Notes under the pieces: generated by a model
The model's input: the letters and a program-made list of their open reading frames with translations, nothing else
Database searches by the model: none
What the model was told of the DNA's origin: nothing
DNA from: Octopus vulgaris
Taxonomy: Eukaryota
DNA: 64,000 bases
Assembly (NCBI GenBank): GCA_951406725.2
Contig: OX597833.1
Span: forward strand, 24,428,001-24,492,000
Direction: 5' to 3'
Program-made: the position numbers and the translations under genes
Shown: positions 12,110 through 25,400 of the stretch, piece by piece
Position numbering within the stretch: the first letter of the stretch is position 1
Layout: each line of letters starts with the position of its first letter

Positions 12110-12410
12110 ATGTGGAGGCGCAATGGCCCAGTGGTTAGGGCAGCGGACTCGCGGTCGGAGGATCGCGGTGTCGATTCCCAGACCGGGCGTTATGTGTGTT
12201 TATTGAGCAAAAACACCTGAAAGCAGGGTGGTGGTGGCGATTCCTGTTGTACTCTTTCGCCACAGCTTTCTTTTACTCACTCTTCATGTTTCTTGAGTAA
12301 CACTGCGATGGACTGGTGTCCCGTCCAGCTGGGAGGAACATATACGCCACAGAAACCGGGAAATCGGGCCCATGAGCCTGACTAGGCTTGAAAAGGGCGA
12401 CGTTTATCGT
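12110..12410 (+). mobile_element. SINE family B variant
   Basis: TGGCCCAGTGG A-box, GTCGATTCC B-box, shared GCGATGGACTGG..CCCGTCCAGCTGGG tail. Flanking repeat TATACCGTGA. Other copies at 29361-29469, 40008-40195 and 27530-27801 (-). Confidence 0.85.
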
Positions 12411-13454
12411 TATACCGTGAGAATACATTTTCGTGCGAAGTGTGGGGAAAGCGCGCGAAGACAAAATATAAGGCGAGAACGATAAAGCTTACATACATAC
12501 TGAAACATAAACGCTAACACGTACACATGCAAGCACGTACCACACGAATGTATTTATACACAAAGAGTGGGAGAGAGGAAGTGAGCGAGAGAAATGACGC
12601 GAAAGAGATACAGACAAACTGAAGGATTAAAACTCACACGCCTAGAATTTGTATTATCAGTTTAACAAACCACATCAGCGCGTAACAAAACTTACGAAAA
12701 GTGTCTATTGTTACATTTTGGGAAGTCCTCACGTCCGTCTTTCGTTCATTATCTTCTCTGTATTCCTTTTTAAGAATGACTGTTTTGTTTTCTATTTCTA
12801 TCCAATACAATGGGAAACATTTCGTTATCACATAACATACACATACACACAGACACACACACGCACATATATATGTATATACGCACACACACACACAGAT
12901 ACACGTATACATATGTATTCAAAAATAGACACACACATACTCACACACAAACACACACACACATACGCACCAGTAACTGACTCACGGGATGAGAGCTTAT
13001 ATGCATGACACTTACCAAACTGGCTTACCTATTTGATATCATGTACTAGATCCTCGAACATCGAACCACCTTGTAACTTTTCCTAAAAATTATAAAATAT
13101 GTATACATATGAACTGAGTTCTTATTCATTGTTCTACCAAATACGCACACACACACACATACACAAAATGCCATCATATGTGTGTAAACCGAAGGTAGAT
13201 CAAAGCGTTCACATTTTATGACATTTTTAATTTGGGTATGTCGTAAGTTTGAAGTAAAAATAGGTCGCAAATTGGTCGGTATACAATTTTATACACAAAT
13301 GTTCTCAACAATTTAATTTATAAAATTTTAATCACCAAATTGGAAGTATATGCGGCAATATTCTTTATGAAGTCGAGAATTTATCTTCGTGGAAAATGTT
13401 CGTGGAAATAGACGAAATATAAGACAAGGACAATAAAACATGCATATACAAAGG

Positions 13455-13710
13455 CACGGCAACTGTCTTCTACTATAGCCTAGGGGCGATCAGTATCTTG
13501 TGAGCGAGTTTGGTAGATGGAAACCGTGAGTAATCTCGTAGCATGTATGTATGTGAGTGCGCGCGTGTATGAGCGCGCGTGTGTGCTGGTGCGTGTGTGT
13601 GTGTACGTCAGTGTGCATGTGTCTGGGCCTGTGCTATGTTTGTCGCCACTACTGTTCCGCAGCCGGTATTGGTTTGTTTATGTCCCCGTACCATAACGGC
13701 ACGGTAAAAC
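13455..13710 (+). mobile_element. SINE family C, old and degenerate
   Basis: TGTCTTCTACTATAGCC...TTTGGTAGATGGAAAC...TGTTTATGTCCCCGTA. Confidence 0.65.
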
Positions 13711-13748
13711 ACACAAGCGCGCGTACGCACACATACACACACACACAC

Positions 13749-13798
<50 letters not shown>

Positions 13799-13800
13799 AT

Positions 13801-14042
13801 GACGGATAGTTGTCATCTTGTTTGTTGCTAACACAACGTTTCAGCTGATCTACCCTCCAGCCTTCATTAGGTGACTTGGGGAAATTTCGAACCTGGGTTC
13901 TCATTCCTAAGGTAGTTTTCGATGTTATAATAATAATAATAATAATAATAATTATTATTATTATTATTATTCAGGTCACTTGCTGGAATCGAACTCGGAA
14001 TCTTGGGGTTAGTAGCCCGGCCTCTTAACCACTACGCCATAT
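13801..14042 (-). mobile_element. tRNA-headed SINE-like element with internal (AAT)n and 3' minimal hammerhead ribozyme (HHR family 1)
   Basis: Minus strand: TGGCGTAGTGG A-box, AGTTCGATTCC B-box (13972-14042), microsatellite, then CAC-CTAATGA-AGGCTG..CAGCT-GAAACG-TT-GTG (13830-13875; core G-to-A mutated). Same layout at 47360-48763. Confidence 0.8.
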
Positions 14043-14648
14043 ATATATCCAAACAGATATTTGGTTACACACAAAATGATAAATTTAGGAGGTTTCAAAG
14101 AGAAAAGAATAGGTTCCATGCGTATAGAATTTGCTTTCTCTATCGTAACACATTTTAGAATAGGGTAATTACAGAAAATAAGTGTTTCTAAACTAGTGCA
14201 TTATTAAAATTATATGAACTATGACTATGTAAAGCTTAAAGATGTGACACAAAATTGAGAATTAAAAAATTTCGGGAGTCTAATTAAAATGAAAGACGTA
14301 GAAAAAAGTATACAAGTAAACGTATCAAACTGATTATCTGTACGGCCTCCGATTTTACAAGATCACATGTGAAAGTGGTTGAGAAATATGTGCCACAAAT
14401 CTAAGTATTACTTGTTCAATACAGTGTGTCGTTATTTACACAAAGCTTTCGTTAATTTTTTATGACCTATGTAGTTATATCTGTGCGTGCCTATAGTGCG
14501 ATATTTACACAAGTAACTGAATCAATTTACTTACGAGAATATGAAGCCACTCTCTACCCGAAGTTTGAAAGACATATTATTAATGCCCCTCTCCCACACT
14601 ACAAGAAATATGTCTTTTCCCTCTCACAGATTAGTTTTAAACCCCCCC

Positions 14649-14694
<46 letters not shown>

Positions 14695-14763
14695 AATCCA
14701 AACGGGAAAACAAAAAAACAACAACACGTGGAACAATTACAGATATATACACACACACACAAA

Positions 14764-14950
14764 CGAAGTGGTTCCTGGCTATAGGTAAAAGAAAATATAT
14801 ACAGGAGGATCAATTAATTATGGTTTTATTCAACATAATCCCCTCTCAGATTCACACACTTATTGCAGATCTTCTTCAGTTTTTCTAAGCCCTGTAAAAG
14901 AACTAAAAGCCTATACTTTTAAAGCCTGGAACTTTTCAGCACCTCTTCAT
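14764..14950. mobile_element. mariner-derived MITE, damaged left end
   Basis: Homologous to 24673-24889 and 46404-46623. Confidence 0.75.
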
Positions 14951-14995
14951 AAATATACATGCATGCATACATACATACATACATACATACATACA

Positions 14996-15026
<31 letters not shown>

Positions 15027-16699
15027 GTCTTTACATACGCGTGTAAGTGTGTGTTTGTGTGTGTGTGTGTAAGCACTCTATATATCGTGTTATATCATAA
15101 ATAATCAGAGTGTCTTGTATTTCCCCAGTAACAGTTCATAACGACGTCTTTCATAAGATATTGCATATTAATATGTAATAAATATTTATTATGAGTTGGT
15201 GATAGTATTGGGTGATTTTGGTGTTGGTGATGGTATCAATGATAACAGAGGCTTTACATTCTATTCTGTTGAAATTTATGCTGACTGGGTGGCCTTATCA
15301 TCTATTATCATTAGGGATGGATATGCGTGTCTGTACGTAAATATGCATTTACAAACAAACATATCTACATATGTATGTATGCATGTATGTATGTATGTAT
15401 GTATATATGTATGTATGTGTACATACATAACACAGATATGCATGCATATACATAACACATATATACACACATACATATCCACAATTGTATGCAATGAATC
15501 TGTGTAGACGTGTTCAGAATTCGTACGAATAGTCTATGTTTATTCATTTGCTTGTAACAACCGGTACGTTATCAAGATGACGGAGGAAGAACTGGCGCCT
15601 TTCGGCCTTTCGATGAGATTCCTTTCGTATTGCAGCGAATACCACCCCTCACCACTCGCACAGCCAAAACCACCGCAAATAATCCCACCCCACCACTGCC
15701 ATCGCCGCTGCTGGTGTTATTTCTTCGCCTTTACAAATACACGGTCAATGAAATCAACCGAAAGCATCTTCAATATTCTTGTCCTTGAGTTTAGATCAGA
15801 AGCAGTTATCACTAATGACCTTCAAGGGAGACTGGCATCTCTTTCGGTCGGGCATTGTGATTTGTGGAAGTTCTACCTTTACAGTACACAAGAGAGAGCA
15901 AGTGTGATGAGGTCCTCTGGAAAACTGACAACATAGACGGGGACAAATGGCCGAACTGTTTGTGACGATTTTCAAGGTGAAGTTTACTAAGAATAATCCT
16001 AAACCTGGCAGCACTTTCGAAGGGTGCTTCTGGTTTGAGACAAACTCTACAGGCATGGAAATGAAAAGGGAAGGGGATAAAAGCAAAAATGGAAGCGAAC
16101 ACGAATGGGAGAAAACGAGCGAGAGGGAGAATATGGGAGGTGGAGTTGCTCAAACTATGAATGTGTTTGAGAGTCTGTGTGTACATGTGTGATCGTGTGT
16201 AATGATGTATTGTTAAATGGGCATATATTTATTTATGAGATGTCTAGTAACTGTTTAATACGTGTCAAAAATGATAAAGTCCTTATAGTTATATGTGCTA
16301 CAGTAATTCTTGTAACAACGTAAATGTTAGCACGTATCCTTATATCCGGATACATACAAGCACACACACGCATACACACACATAAACACATACAACAGAT
16401 ACGAAGTCTAGTGGTTATGCTTATGCATATGTATAGTGAATGACTTTATGTAGTACAAGGGATAGGATTAATGTGTAGCAAATAAGGGACAGATGTGTGC
16501 AACATGTACAGAAACTGAGGGAAAATGTGTCGAGGTGATTATTGTAACGGGAGATGGTTTGCATATCAATAAGCAGTAAATAGTTATGTATGTGTACTTA
16601 TACGTGCTAAGTTCGGTCTCTGTGGATGTATAAATGTATAATGGATAGTGAATATGGTCCATGAGATATGTATAAGTGTGGTGTATTTATGATGGAGTG

Positions 16700-17310
16700 A
16701 ATAGTAGGAGGATGTAGTGATGTAACCAGAATTATGCTATTCATACTCGAATGGTAGGAGCTACTTTGGTTGACGATGAGGTTTTGTTCTTAGTGGTTGC
16801 GAAAGGTAAGGGATCCGTGAAATAACTCTCTAACTGAGAGATGGACAATAGCATATGCGGGCGAGTTTAAATGGCGACCGGTAGGTGGTGTGGTGTTGTT
16901 TAAGCGGATATCTCGTAGATGTTCAGAGATGCCATCCGATAACCCACGATTCATTTTTTCCAGTATATAAATCAACAAAACTGAGATTGAAGACACTTAG
17001 TGATTTTTTAGGGGTGTGAGTGAACTAATCAGAGATAAGGAAGCAACGATGAATAGGAACAAGGAAGGTTGTAGTATGTCGATATAAGGGCATGCTTTTG
17101 CAGCGAGCTCGGGAACAGGGGAAAAATTCGAGTTGGCCTTTGGAAGAAGTAGAAGAGTTGAAGACTAAAATGGTAGCAAAATTCCAATGACCATTGGTAG
17201 GCAGCAAAGGTGTAGGAATTGTGAGTATGAAATGAACGATTTGGAGTGGTTACGGTAATAAAAGGCAAAGTTGGGGTGAGAGTAGGAATCAAGCGAATCA
17301 TAGAAAACGG
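16700..17310 (-). mobile_element. Decayed Penelope-like element fragment (Cys-rich linker and GIY-YIG endonuclease)
   Basis: FPCSRARCKS.P.....TT linker, followed after frameshifts by LLIYILEKMNRGLSDGISEHLRDIRLNNTTPPTGRHLNS, resembling YIGET.R.L..R..EH..DI......P..RHFN. Confidence 0.7.
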
Positions 17311-17929
17311 ACATGGGTGTGTGTGCGCGCGCATATCTCTATATCTCTCTTTCTCCCTCTCTCTCTATAGAAAGAGAGAGAGAGAGAGACGAGGAGGAGG
17401 AGAAAGGTACACATCCACACAAACTTTTCTTTTACTAACTCTTTATTTTGCTTATTCTCTTTACCTTTATGTACATATGTAATATACTCCTACATACGAA
17501 GTAAAAAAATTTTCCAAATAAATCATTGAAAGATGTAGTTTTCCATATATAACGTGATACTATTAGAAGATAGAAGACAGACGACTTGACTTATTGAGGC
17601 ACAAGGTAAATAGCCGAGTAACCAGACACAACCACACGCACACATACATACACGGTTTCTTTCATGTTAACTTACCATCATCCACTAACATTGTTTATGT
17701 TGCGTGGAGAAAAGCGATGTAAAAATTAAGCTCTCTGCTTGCTAGCGTCTGGTCTGATTTTTTACCGTACCTCTCTTTCTCATCTCTCATGATACGTGTT
17801 GACAAGTTTGATACGAAAGAACATCATACATACCCCATTAAAAATGTTAATGTTTTTTTTTGCTTGCTTTACACACAGTTAATGAACAGACAAATAAAGC
17901 TATTATGGATGCAATAGTAATAATAATTA

Positions 17930-18140
17930 TTTCAAATTTTCGCTCAAGGCGGGTAATTTAGGTAGGGGAGTTAATCCTTTACATCGACCTTAGTTCTCGT
18001 ATCGTACTTTATTTTATCGACCTCGAAAAGATGAAAGGCATTGTTGACCTCGACAGGATTTCAATGCAGAAGGTAAAAAAAAAATGGAAGAAATCCGGCA
18101 AAGTACGGACGCTCTCTCGATTCTGCCACTTCTCTGCCGA
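17930..18140 (-). mobile_element. SINE family A, degenerate
   Basis: TTTTATCGACCTCGAAAAGATGAAAGGCATTGTTGACCTCG core. Confidence 0.75.
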
Positions 18141-18624
18141 TTAAACTGCTTTTAAAAATTAATTATTAGCAACGAAAGCAACATTCATACCAGAGGTAAC
18201 TTTTATGTCTTTACAGAACACCGAATACTGCGTTATTAGCCTGCAGAGATCCTCTTATATAGTCGCTTGGTGCATAAAGGCTCACGTATAGTTCGTATAT
18301 AGATGAGAATCATCTGTCATGGGCACCGGAATTCTCTTTTCACGGGATTTTATCCAACTGGAAATCATCAGTGGGAAGTATCCGGTCATCGCATACTAGT
18401 CAAACCTCGCTACTACCATATATAGGATATCACCATCTTTTCAGACACAGATGTCGCGAATAGCTTTCAGGGTTATTAAAAATTAATTATTTGCGATAGA
18501 AGCAGTATTAATATCAAATAGCAGTGTCTAGCACGATGATATTCTATATTCCGACGGGCGGAATAACGCTGAGCATTTCGTCCAGTGTGCTAACGACTCT
18601 GCCAGTTCACTACCTCCTCCTCCT

Positions 18625-18937
<313 letters not shown>

Positions 18938-18944
18938 AAATTTC

Positions 18945-19452
18945 AGTTTTTGCATGGATTGATTATAAAGGCCTTCGACAGCATACCGCATTCATGGATC
19001 TTGAAATCGCTGGATATCTTCAAAATTTCTCCCGTGATTTGAAGCTTCCTGAAGCACAACAAATCAATGTGCAATACGAATCTCCAATTATACCACCCTT
19101 ATGGAGTACTGACCACGAAAAATATTAATATCAACTGCGGCATTTTCCAAGCTGACTCACTTTCACCTTTAATTTTCTGCATAGTCCTAATACTTAATAG
19201 AACAGGGGTGGGTATAAAACTGGCGACTATTTTATATGGATGATTTAAAACTCTATGGTAAAGACGATAATGAGCTTGAAGGGCTACTACGTACTGTGAA
19301 AGCATTCAGTGACGACATCGGGATGGAATTTGGTCTTAATAAATGTGCCAAGGCCACTTTTCAGAAAGTGAAACTGAAGAATTCACATTCAGTAGTGTTG
19401 GATGCTGACACAGTCATAAAAGAACTCGAGCAGAAACAAACTTACAAATACA
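18945..19452 (+). mobile_element. R4/Dong-like reverse-transcriptase fragment, disrupted
   Basis: WIDY-KAFDSIPHSWI, GIFQADSLSPLIF, LYMDDLKLY and DIGMEFGLNKCA RT motifs, with frameshifts and stops. Confidence 0.85.
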
Positions 19453-19460
19453 TTATTTAC

Positions 19461-19542
19461 ATTCTTGAGATATCTTGTCCACTGTCAAACAAACAAACAC
19501 AACAGAAAACAATAACTCCGCCTTCGAAGGCGGAGGTAATAA
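19461..19542 (-). mobile_element. 5' portion of Helentron/HINE-like element
   Basis: Reverse complement TTATTACCTCCGCCTTCGAAGGCGGAGTTATTGTTTTC..(GTTT)n..AGATATCTCAA matches the start of 22901-23295. Confidence 0.7.
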
Positions 19543-19902
19543 GAAAATTATAGAAACTTAGTTCTCCAAAGAGGAGGGGTGCAACCCAAAGGCGACCAAG
19601 GATTTCCACAGATTCCGAGTTACTTTACTGATAAAATGTACCATAGCATGCGTGCTCTTGCCTGTACTTTACAAGCAGCAGGTTCATGTTTAGAGTACGT
19701 TCATTCATTGAAACCATTCTCGCCATATTGACCCACCTTTTTACAAATTTACTGGGATGGGAGTGGGAGCAACTCACTAGTTGAAAAGGAAGGTGCCTGT
19801 CTCACGTCCTTTCAGTCGGATCTGCAACACAATGTCATTCGCTAAGGTCACCAGAGAAAGAAAAACTGTCTCACTTCCTGGCAATTGTAATAAAAGTTTA
19901 AA

Positions 19903-20338
19903 ATTTTAGCACAAGACCAGCAGTTTTAAGGGGATGGAGTAAGTCGATTATATCAACCCCAATGGTCATCTGGTACTTATGTCATTTACCCATGAAGGAT
20001 GAAAGGTCGACCTCGGCGGAATTTGAACTCAGAACATAAAGACGGACGAAATACCACTAATCATTTTGTCCAATGTACTAATGATTCTGCCAGCTCGCCG
20101 CCTTAGTAATAATAATAATAATAATAATGATTATAACAATAATAATAATAATCCTTTCTACAATAGGTGCAAGGCCTCACATTTGCAGGGAAGGGGACTA
20201 GTCGATTACATTGATCCCAGTGTTTTACTGGTACTTAATTTATCGACCGTGGCGGAATTTGAACTGAGAATGTAGCAATGGAAGAAATACCGCTAAACAT
20301 TTCACCCGGTGTGCTAACGATTCTGACAGCTCGTCGCC

Positions 20339-20384
<46 letters not shown>

Positions 20385-20550
20385 CAACAATTTTAGCACA
20401 AGGTGAGCAATTTTATGGGAAGAGGGTCAGTCGATTACATCAACCCTAGCACTCGACTGGTACTTTTTTTACAGACCCAGAAAGGATGAAAGGCAAAGTC
20501 AACCTCGTCGAAATTTGAATCCAGAATGTAAAGACAGACGAAATGCCGCG
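19903..20550 (-). mobile_element. Three head-to-tail SINE family A copies separated by (TAA)n
   Basis: Copies at ~19903-20105, 20152-20340 and 20390-20550, same orientation. Confidence 0.85.
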
Positions 20551-20906
20551 AAGAAGAAGAAGAAGAAGAAGAAGAAGAAGAAGAAGAAGAAGAAGAAGAA
20601 GAAGAAGAAGAACTATAACAATAACAACGACAAAAACTCAGCGATACTGCGAAGAAAATGTTAACCAATCATCTATTATTTTTATTAGAGAGCAAACACA
20701 TTGTCAATTAAGCAATCTGTCTTATTTATCTGTCTCTGATAGCATTTAAGAAAGTTACTGGCTAATCAATTCCTTGCGAGTAAGGATATTGTTAGCATTA
20801 TTGAGTAAACACAATCAAAAGTCTCTCTTATATATTTATGTATGTACGTCTGTACGTGCGTGTGTGTCTGTATTTAAGTATGTTTGCGAATCAGTATTTA
20901 TGTATT

Positions 20907-20981
<75 letters not shown>

Positions 20982-21299
20982 ATAATGAAGTGCTTGATAG
21001 ACACAAACATGGTTCTGATACAGTAACCAAATCTTGAAAACATCGGTTAAGTAGGCTGTTGACAAACGTCGACGTAGGCCTGGAGTAAGAAATCTCAAGA
21101 ATATTGTTATTATTGCAAGCCTCCTTACTGAAAAATAAATTACTGAAGAGTATTTTTGTATATATACATATGTATATATATGTGTATGTATGTACATGTA
21201 TATACATATATGTATGCAAACATCATGAATCTGTATATTGTGTTGTGTGTGTATTTGTGTTTGTGGCTGAGTGGAGGAATATTGAGGGTATGCATGTCA

Positions 21300-21489
21300 G
21301 CCTGGTATTTCGTCTGCCGCTACGTTCTGAGTTCAAATTCCGCCGAGGTCGACTTTGTCTTTCATCCTTTCGGGGTCGATTAAATAAATACCAGTTGCAC
21401 ACTGGGGTCGATATAATCGACTTAATCCATTTGTCTGTCCTTGTTTGTCCTCTCTGTGTTTAGTCCCTTGTGGGTAGTAAAGAAATAGG
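21300..21489 (+). mobile_element. SINE family A, 5'-truncated, Tx1-like tail
   Basis: Consensus core and TGTCCTTGTTTGTCC...GTAAAGAAATA tail. Confidence 0.85.
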
Positions 21490-21502
21490 TATGTATGTCA
21501 GC

Positions 21503-21766
21503 ATGTGGAGGCGCGTGGCTTAGTGGTTAGGGTGTCAGCATCTTGATCGTAAGATTGTGGTTTCGATTCCTGGACCGGGCGACGCGTTCTGTTCTTGAGT
21601 AAAACACTTCATTTAATGTTGCACCAGTCCACTCAGCAGGCAAAAATGAGTAACGCTGCGATGGACTGGCGTCCCGTCCAGCTGGAGAACACATACGCCA
21701 TTGAAACCGGGAAACCGGGCCCATGAGCCTGGCTAGGCTTTAAAAGGGTGCATTTATTATTTTTTT
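21503..21766 (+). mobile_element. SINE family B, full length with 13-bp TSD
   Basis: TGGCTTAGTGG A-box, GTTTCGATTCC B-box. TSD TATGTATGTCAGC at 21490-21502 and 21767-21779. Confidence 0.92.
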
Positions 21767-22037
21767 TATGTATGTCAGCCTACAGAGTTAAGTAGTCAGA
21801 GCAGCAACGAGTCAAGAGTCTAACAGTTCATATTCTGTGACCGGTACTTCGTTGTGTCCGGGTCAAGTCTACATAGCGGTAAAGAGGTACCATATAATGG
21901 AGTAGAGTTTCATACTTCTATGACAACTATAATTCAGGTTTCGTTCTATAACTTCTTTGTGGTTGTCGCTGTTTAGCGCGAGATCAGTCTTGATAGAACA
22001 GTTCAGCACGAACACTTTTGTGATTTATTCATGCATA

Positions 22038-22097
<60 letters not shown>

Positions 22098-22900
22098 GTT
22101 TGCCTGTCTGCCTGCCTGCCTGTCTCTCTGTCTATAGAACATAATCAAATATGTGAACTTTTCAAAAGAACTGCAGGATGTAATTTGAAGGATATTAGGC
22201 TGATATTTCCAACAGAGTGGGTTAAAACATGGAGGCTAGCGCAGCTTGGAAAACGATGAGGAACTAACTCTCAGATTGGAGGCAGATGAAACAGAAGAAT
22301 GAGAGACTCTGAAGAAATATTAAGGAATCCGTGGAACTTATTTGTTCTGGAATAGTATGAATATATAAAAGCGAATTAAATGTACATAATATATGCATTA
22401 TTACCGTTTCACTGTTATAGCCACCAAAAAATTATTATTTCAATCGCGTTGTATCTCATTAATTTCTCTGCAGTTTGTACCACGTATGTTAATTTTCTCA
22501 GTCAAACTTAGATTGAACAGAAGAAGATCAAATATGCAAAATTGTATCTATATATAATTTATTACTTGGACAACAGAAAATCTTTTACTCCTCATTAGAA
22601 TAATTTTTCACTAACTCTAATGATTTTACTTATTACGCTTATATTTTCACTTCATTAAAAACTATTTTCGGTTCATCACGTTGTGTATGATAGCCTCAAC
22701 TTTACTGCGTGTGTGAGCCAATACACGCACACACACACAAACACACACACACACACGGTAACGTGGAAGCTACCATAGTTGACATGCTGAGCTGAAAATA
22801 GTTTTTAATCACTTGAAATTATAATACAAATGAGAAGCAGATCCATTAGCGCGGAAGGAAAAAAAGTTCTAATGCTGATCAAGGAAGAGAATTTCCATAA

Positions 22901-23295
22901 TTTTTACCTCCGTCTAAGCGAAGGTGGAGGTATTGTTTTCAGTCGTATTTGTTTGTTTGTTTGTTTGTTAGTCCGTTGACACGATATCTCAATAACCGTT
23001 GGATGGATTCGAATGAAAATTTCAGGGATGTTTTGGCCTCATAACTGGCACGAACTGATTAGACTCCAGTATCAATCCGGTACCGGAGAAGGATTCTAGA
23101 TTATCTTTTCTGTTTAAAAAAAAATTTTTTTTTTACAAAATTTTGAGAGCAGTCGGGTTCCTTTTTAGTATTCTCGTTTGTGAGAGCAGTCGACTTTATT
23201 TCCGATATTCTCATTTAAAAAAATCATCTCTGGCTAATCGTTGAGAGGACGTTGGTGTTGCCTTGGCGGAGGTTTGCGCTCTCTGAGTACTCTTG
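22901..23295 (+). mobile_element. Helentron-associated non-autonomous element (HINE/DINE-1-like)
   Basis: 5' subterminal IR ACCTCCG..., internal (GTTT)n, 3' subTIR GGCGGAGGT followed by a short stem-loop (GCGCTCTCTGAGTAC), T-rich flanks. Confidence 0.7.
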
Positions 23296-23754
23296 TTAAT
23301 ATTATTTTCTGTGCCTGTCGCAGTTATGTTATAGTCTTGTTGATGACACAAGATCAGACATTTTTTATTCAAATTTCACCTTGACTAAATAAACTTAAAG
23401 ATTCCATATAGTGCGTCAGGTGTGTCAGTCGATGACAACTGATAGTCTAATTTGAATAGTCGGAATCCACATTAGTAGTTGATATACTACATCTCACATG
23501 GTTGTAATGTAACTGATATGTTATTCTATATTAGTTTTTAGTATATTCTTTCATTTGCTTAAAAAATTGCGCCGTGACCGCGCGGTTTCTATGGTATGGT
23601 CAACTATACATCGACTCCAGGACTTATACTGATGATAAGCGTACGTATATGTTACGCTTCGAATGAAGTGAAACATATACGTAACAAATATGAACGACAA
23701 ACTGGACTTGGAAGGGATTTGTAAAACAAAACGTAGAATAACGTAACTGAATAT

Positions 23755-24122
23755 TGGTTTCAAGTTTTCCTACACGGCCAGCAATATCGGTGTGTGTGGG
23801 GTGATGGTAGTGGTGGTGGTGGTTGAAGTGATGGTAAGTCGATTACATCAACCCCAGTGCTTAACTGGTTGCAGAAGTAAAGTCGACCTCGGCAGAATTT
23901 GAATTTAGAACGTCAAGACGGACAAAATATTGTAAAGCATTTTGCCCAGCGAGTTAACGATTCTGCGACTCACCGCCCATCTCCCACCGTAAGCAAATAT
24001 TAATTTCAGATTTTGGCACAGGGCCAGCATTAGTGAGTTAGAGCTAAGATGATTACATCAACTTCAGTGCTTAACTAGTACTTATTTTACCGATCCCGAA
24101 AGAATGGAAGGCAAAGTCGACA
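23755..24122 (-). mobile_element. Two tandem SINE family A copies
   Basis: Core motifs at ~23835-23980 and 24005-24122. Confidence 0.75.
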
Positions 24123-24129
24123 ACGTTGT

Positions 24130-24660
24130 TATGATGAAAACTTTTTCAAGGCTGAGGAATGAAACAATACTTCCAAAGGTTATATTGATATTGTAAAATA
24201 TAATGCGTAAAATCGAAAAAATGTAAATAAATAAACTAATGAATAAATGCAAAATAGAAATAGATTTAGGAGCAGAAGAAGAAACAAGAAATAGAAAGAA
24301 GAAAGGACGTATCCTTTACTTGTAGGAAGTTTTTTAAAAAACTCCATCTCTGCCGAGAAAGGTAATTTTAGAAGAAAATAAAACAGTGAAATGCAGACAT
24401 GATGTAAATGAGATAAAGTTGTAATTTAATTGTGTATGAAACTTGATAGACAGTGATAGATATAAAAGGAAAAAGTTGGGGTAAGAAAAGTATGAGTTTA
24501 AGGTATAAAATAGAAATTCAAGCTGAGATTTTGCTGAAGAGAGATGGTTGTAATAAGATTAATAGGTTTTAAAGAACGAGAGATTTTAAAAAGTATCTTT
24601 TAGTTAAACATTGGATTTTTGTTTACGAAGTTCACAAATAAATTGTAAATAAATTTAGAA
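24130..24660 (-). mobile_element. Possible highly decayed Penelope-like RT C-terminal fragment
   Basis: With frameshift correction reads NYLS..EMEFLKNFLQV.GY, resembling the PLE thumb motif E..FLK..F..NGYP. Weak. Confidence 0.3.
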
Positions 24661-24672
24661 GTCCTTAACTTA

Positions 24673-24889
24673 CGAGGGGGTGCTGAAAAGTTCCTGACTT
24701 TTGGTAAAAGAAAATACAGTAGGATAAGCTAATTGTGATTTTATTAAACACATTCCCCTCTCTGATTCACACACTTATTGCAGCGGTCCTTCAGTTTTTC
24801 TAAGCCCTGTAAAAGACGACGGAAGTTTGGGCCTCCAGCCATGCCTTCTGCGACACCCTCAAAACCAGGAAGTTTTCAACACCTACTCG
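24673..24889. mobile_element. mariner-derived MITE
   Basis: TA|CGAGGGGGTGCTGAAAAGTTCCTG ... CAGGAAGTTTTCAACACCTACTCG TIRs. Internal remnant of a mariner transposase C-terminus (CNKCVN.RGE.V) on the minus strand. Confidence 0.8.
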
Positions 24890-25199
24890 TGTCTTCTTAA
24901 AAGTGCCCTAAACTAATATTTTGCTTAATTTAATTTTTTTTTTAGAATATTTAACTATTTTAACAATACTAAAAATACATAAAAATACAAAATTATTGCC
25001 TCTTATCTGCAAAAACAAGCGCTTTAAGAGCTCATTTTATTATGTTTTGTGCTAAGTTAAGACATTCTCCGATAAAGTTTGGTTATTCATTTTCATATCA
25101 TTAGAGCGTTGAACAAAACGTTTTGCGGTATTTGTTGCGGCTCATTACGATCTGAGTATGATGTAGATATAACAATGTAATATAGGGCGATTTAATAAT

Positions 25200-25400
25200 T
25201 TCCATTATGGGTACAAGGCCTGAAAATTGGGAGAGGGGATTAGTCGATTTCCTCGATCCTAGTAGCTGACTGGTACTTATTTTATCAATCTCGAAAGTAT
25301 GAAATACAAAGCCAACTAAAAAGGAATTTGAACTCATAATGTGAAGCTAGAAGGAACACCGCTGAGCATTTTGTCCGGCGTGCTAACGGTTTTACAAGGT
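25200..25400 (-). mobile_element. SINE family A, degenerate
   Basis: Similarity to family consensus. Confidence 0.7.

Noticed and set aside
15577-16192. GC-richer ORFs of 81-124 aa
   Set aside because: No recognisable domain, and overlapping ORFs on both strands are consistent with chance.
21503-21580. tRNA-like heads as real tRNA genes (also 12110, 13972, 48689, 62322)
   Set aside because: They continue into repeat bodies, have TSDs or multiple diverged copies, and lack a clean acceptor stem and terminator.
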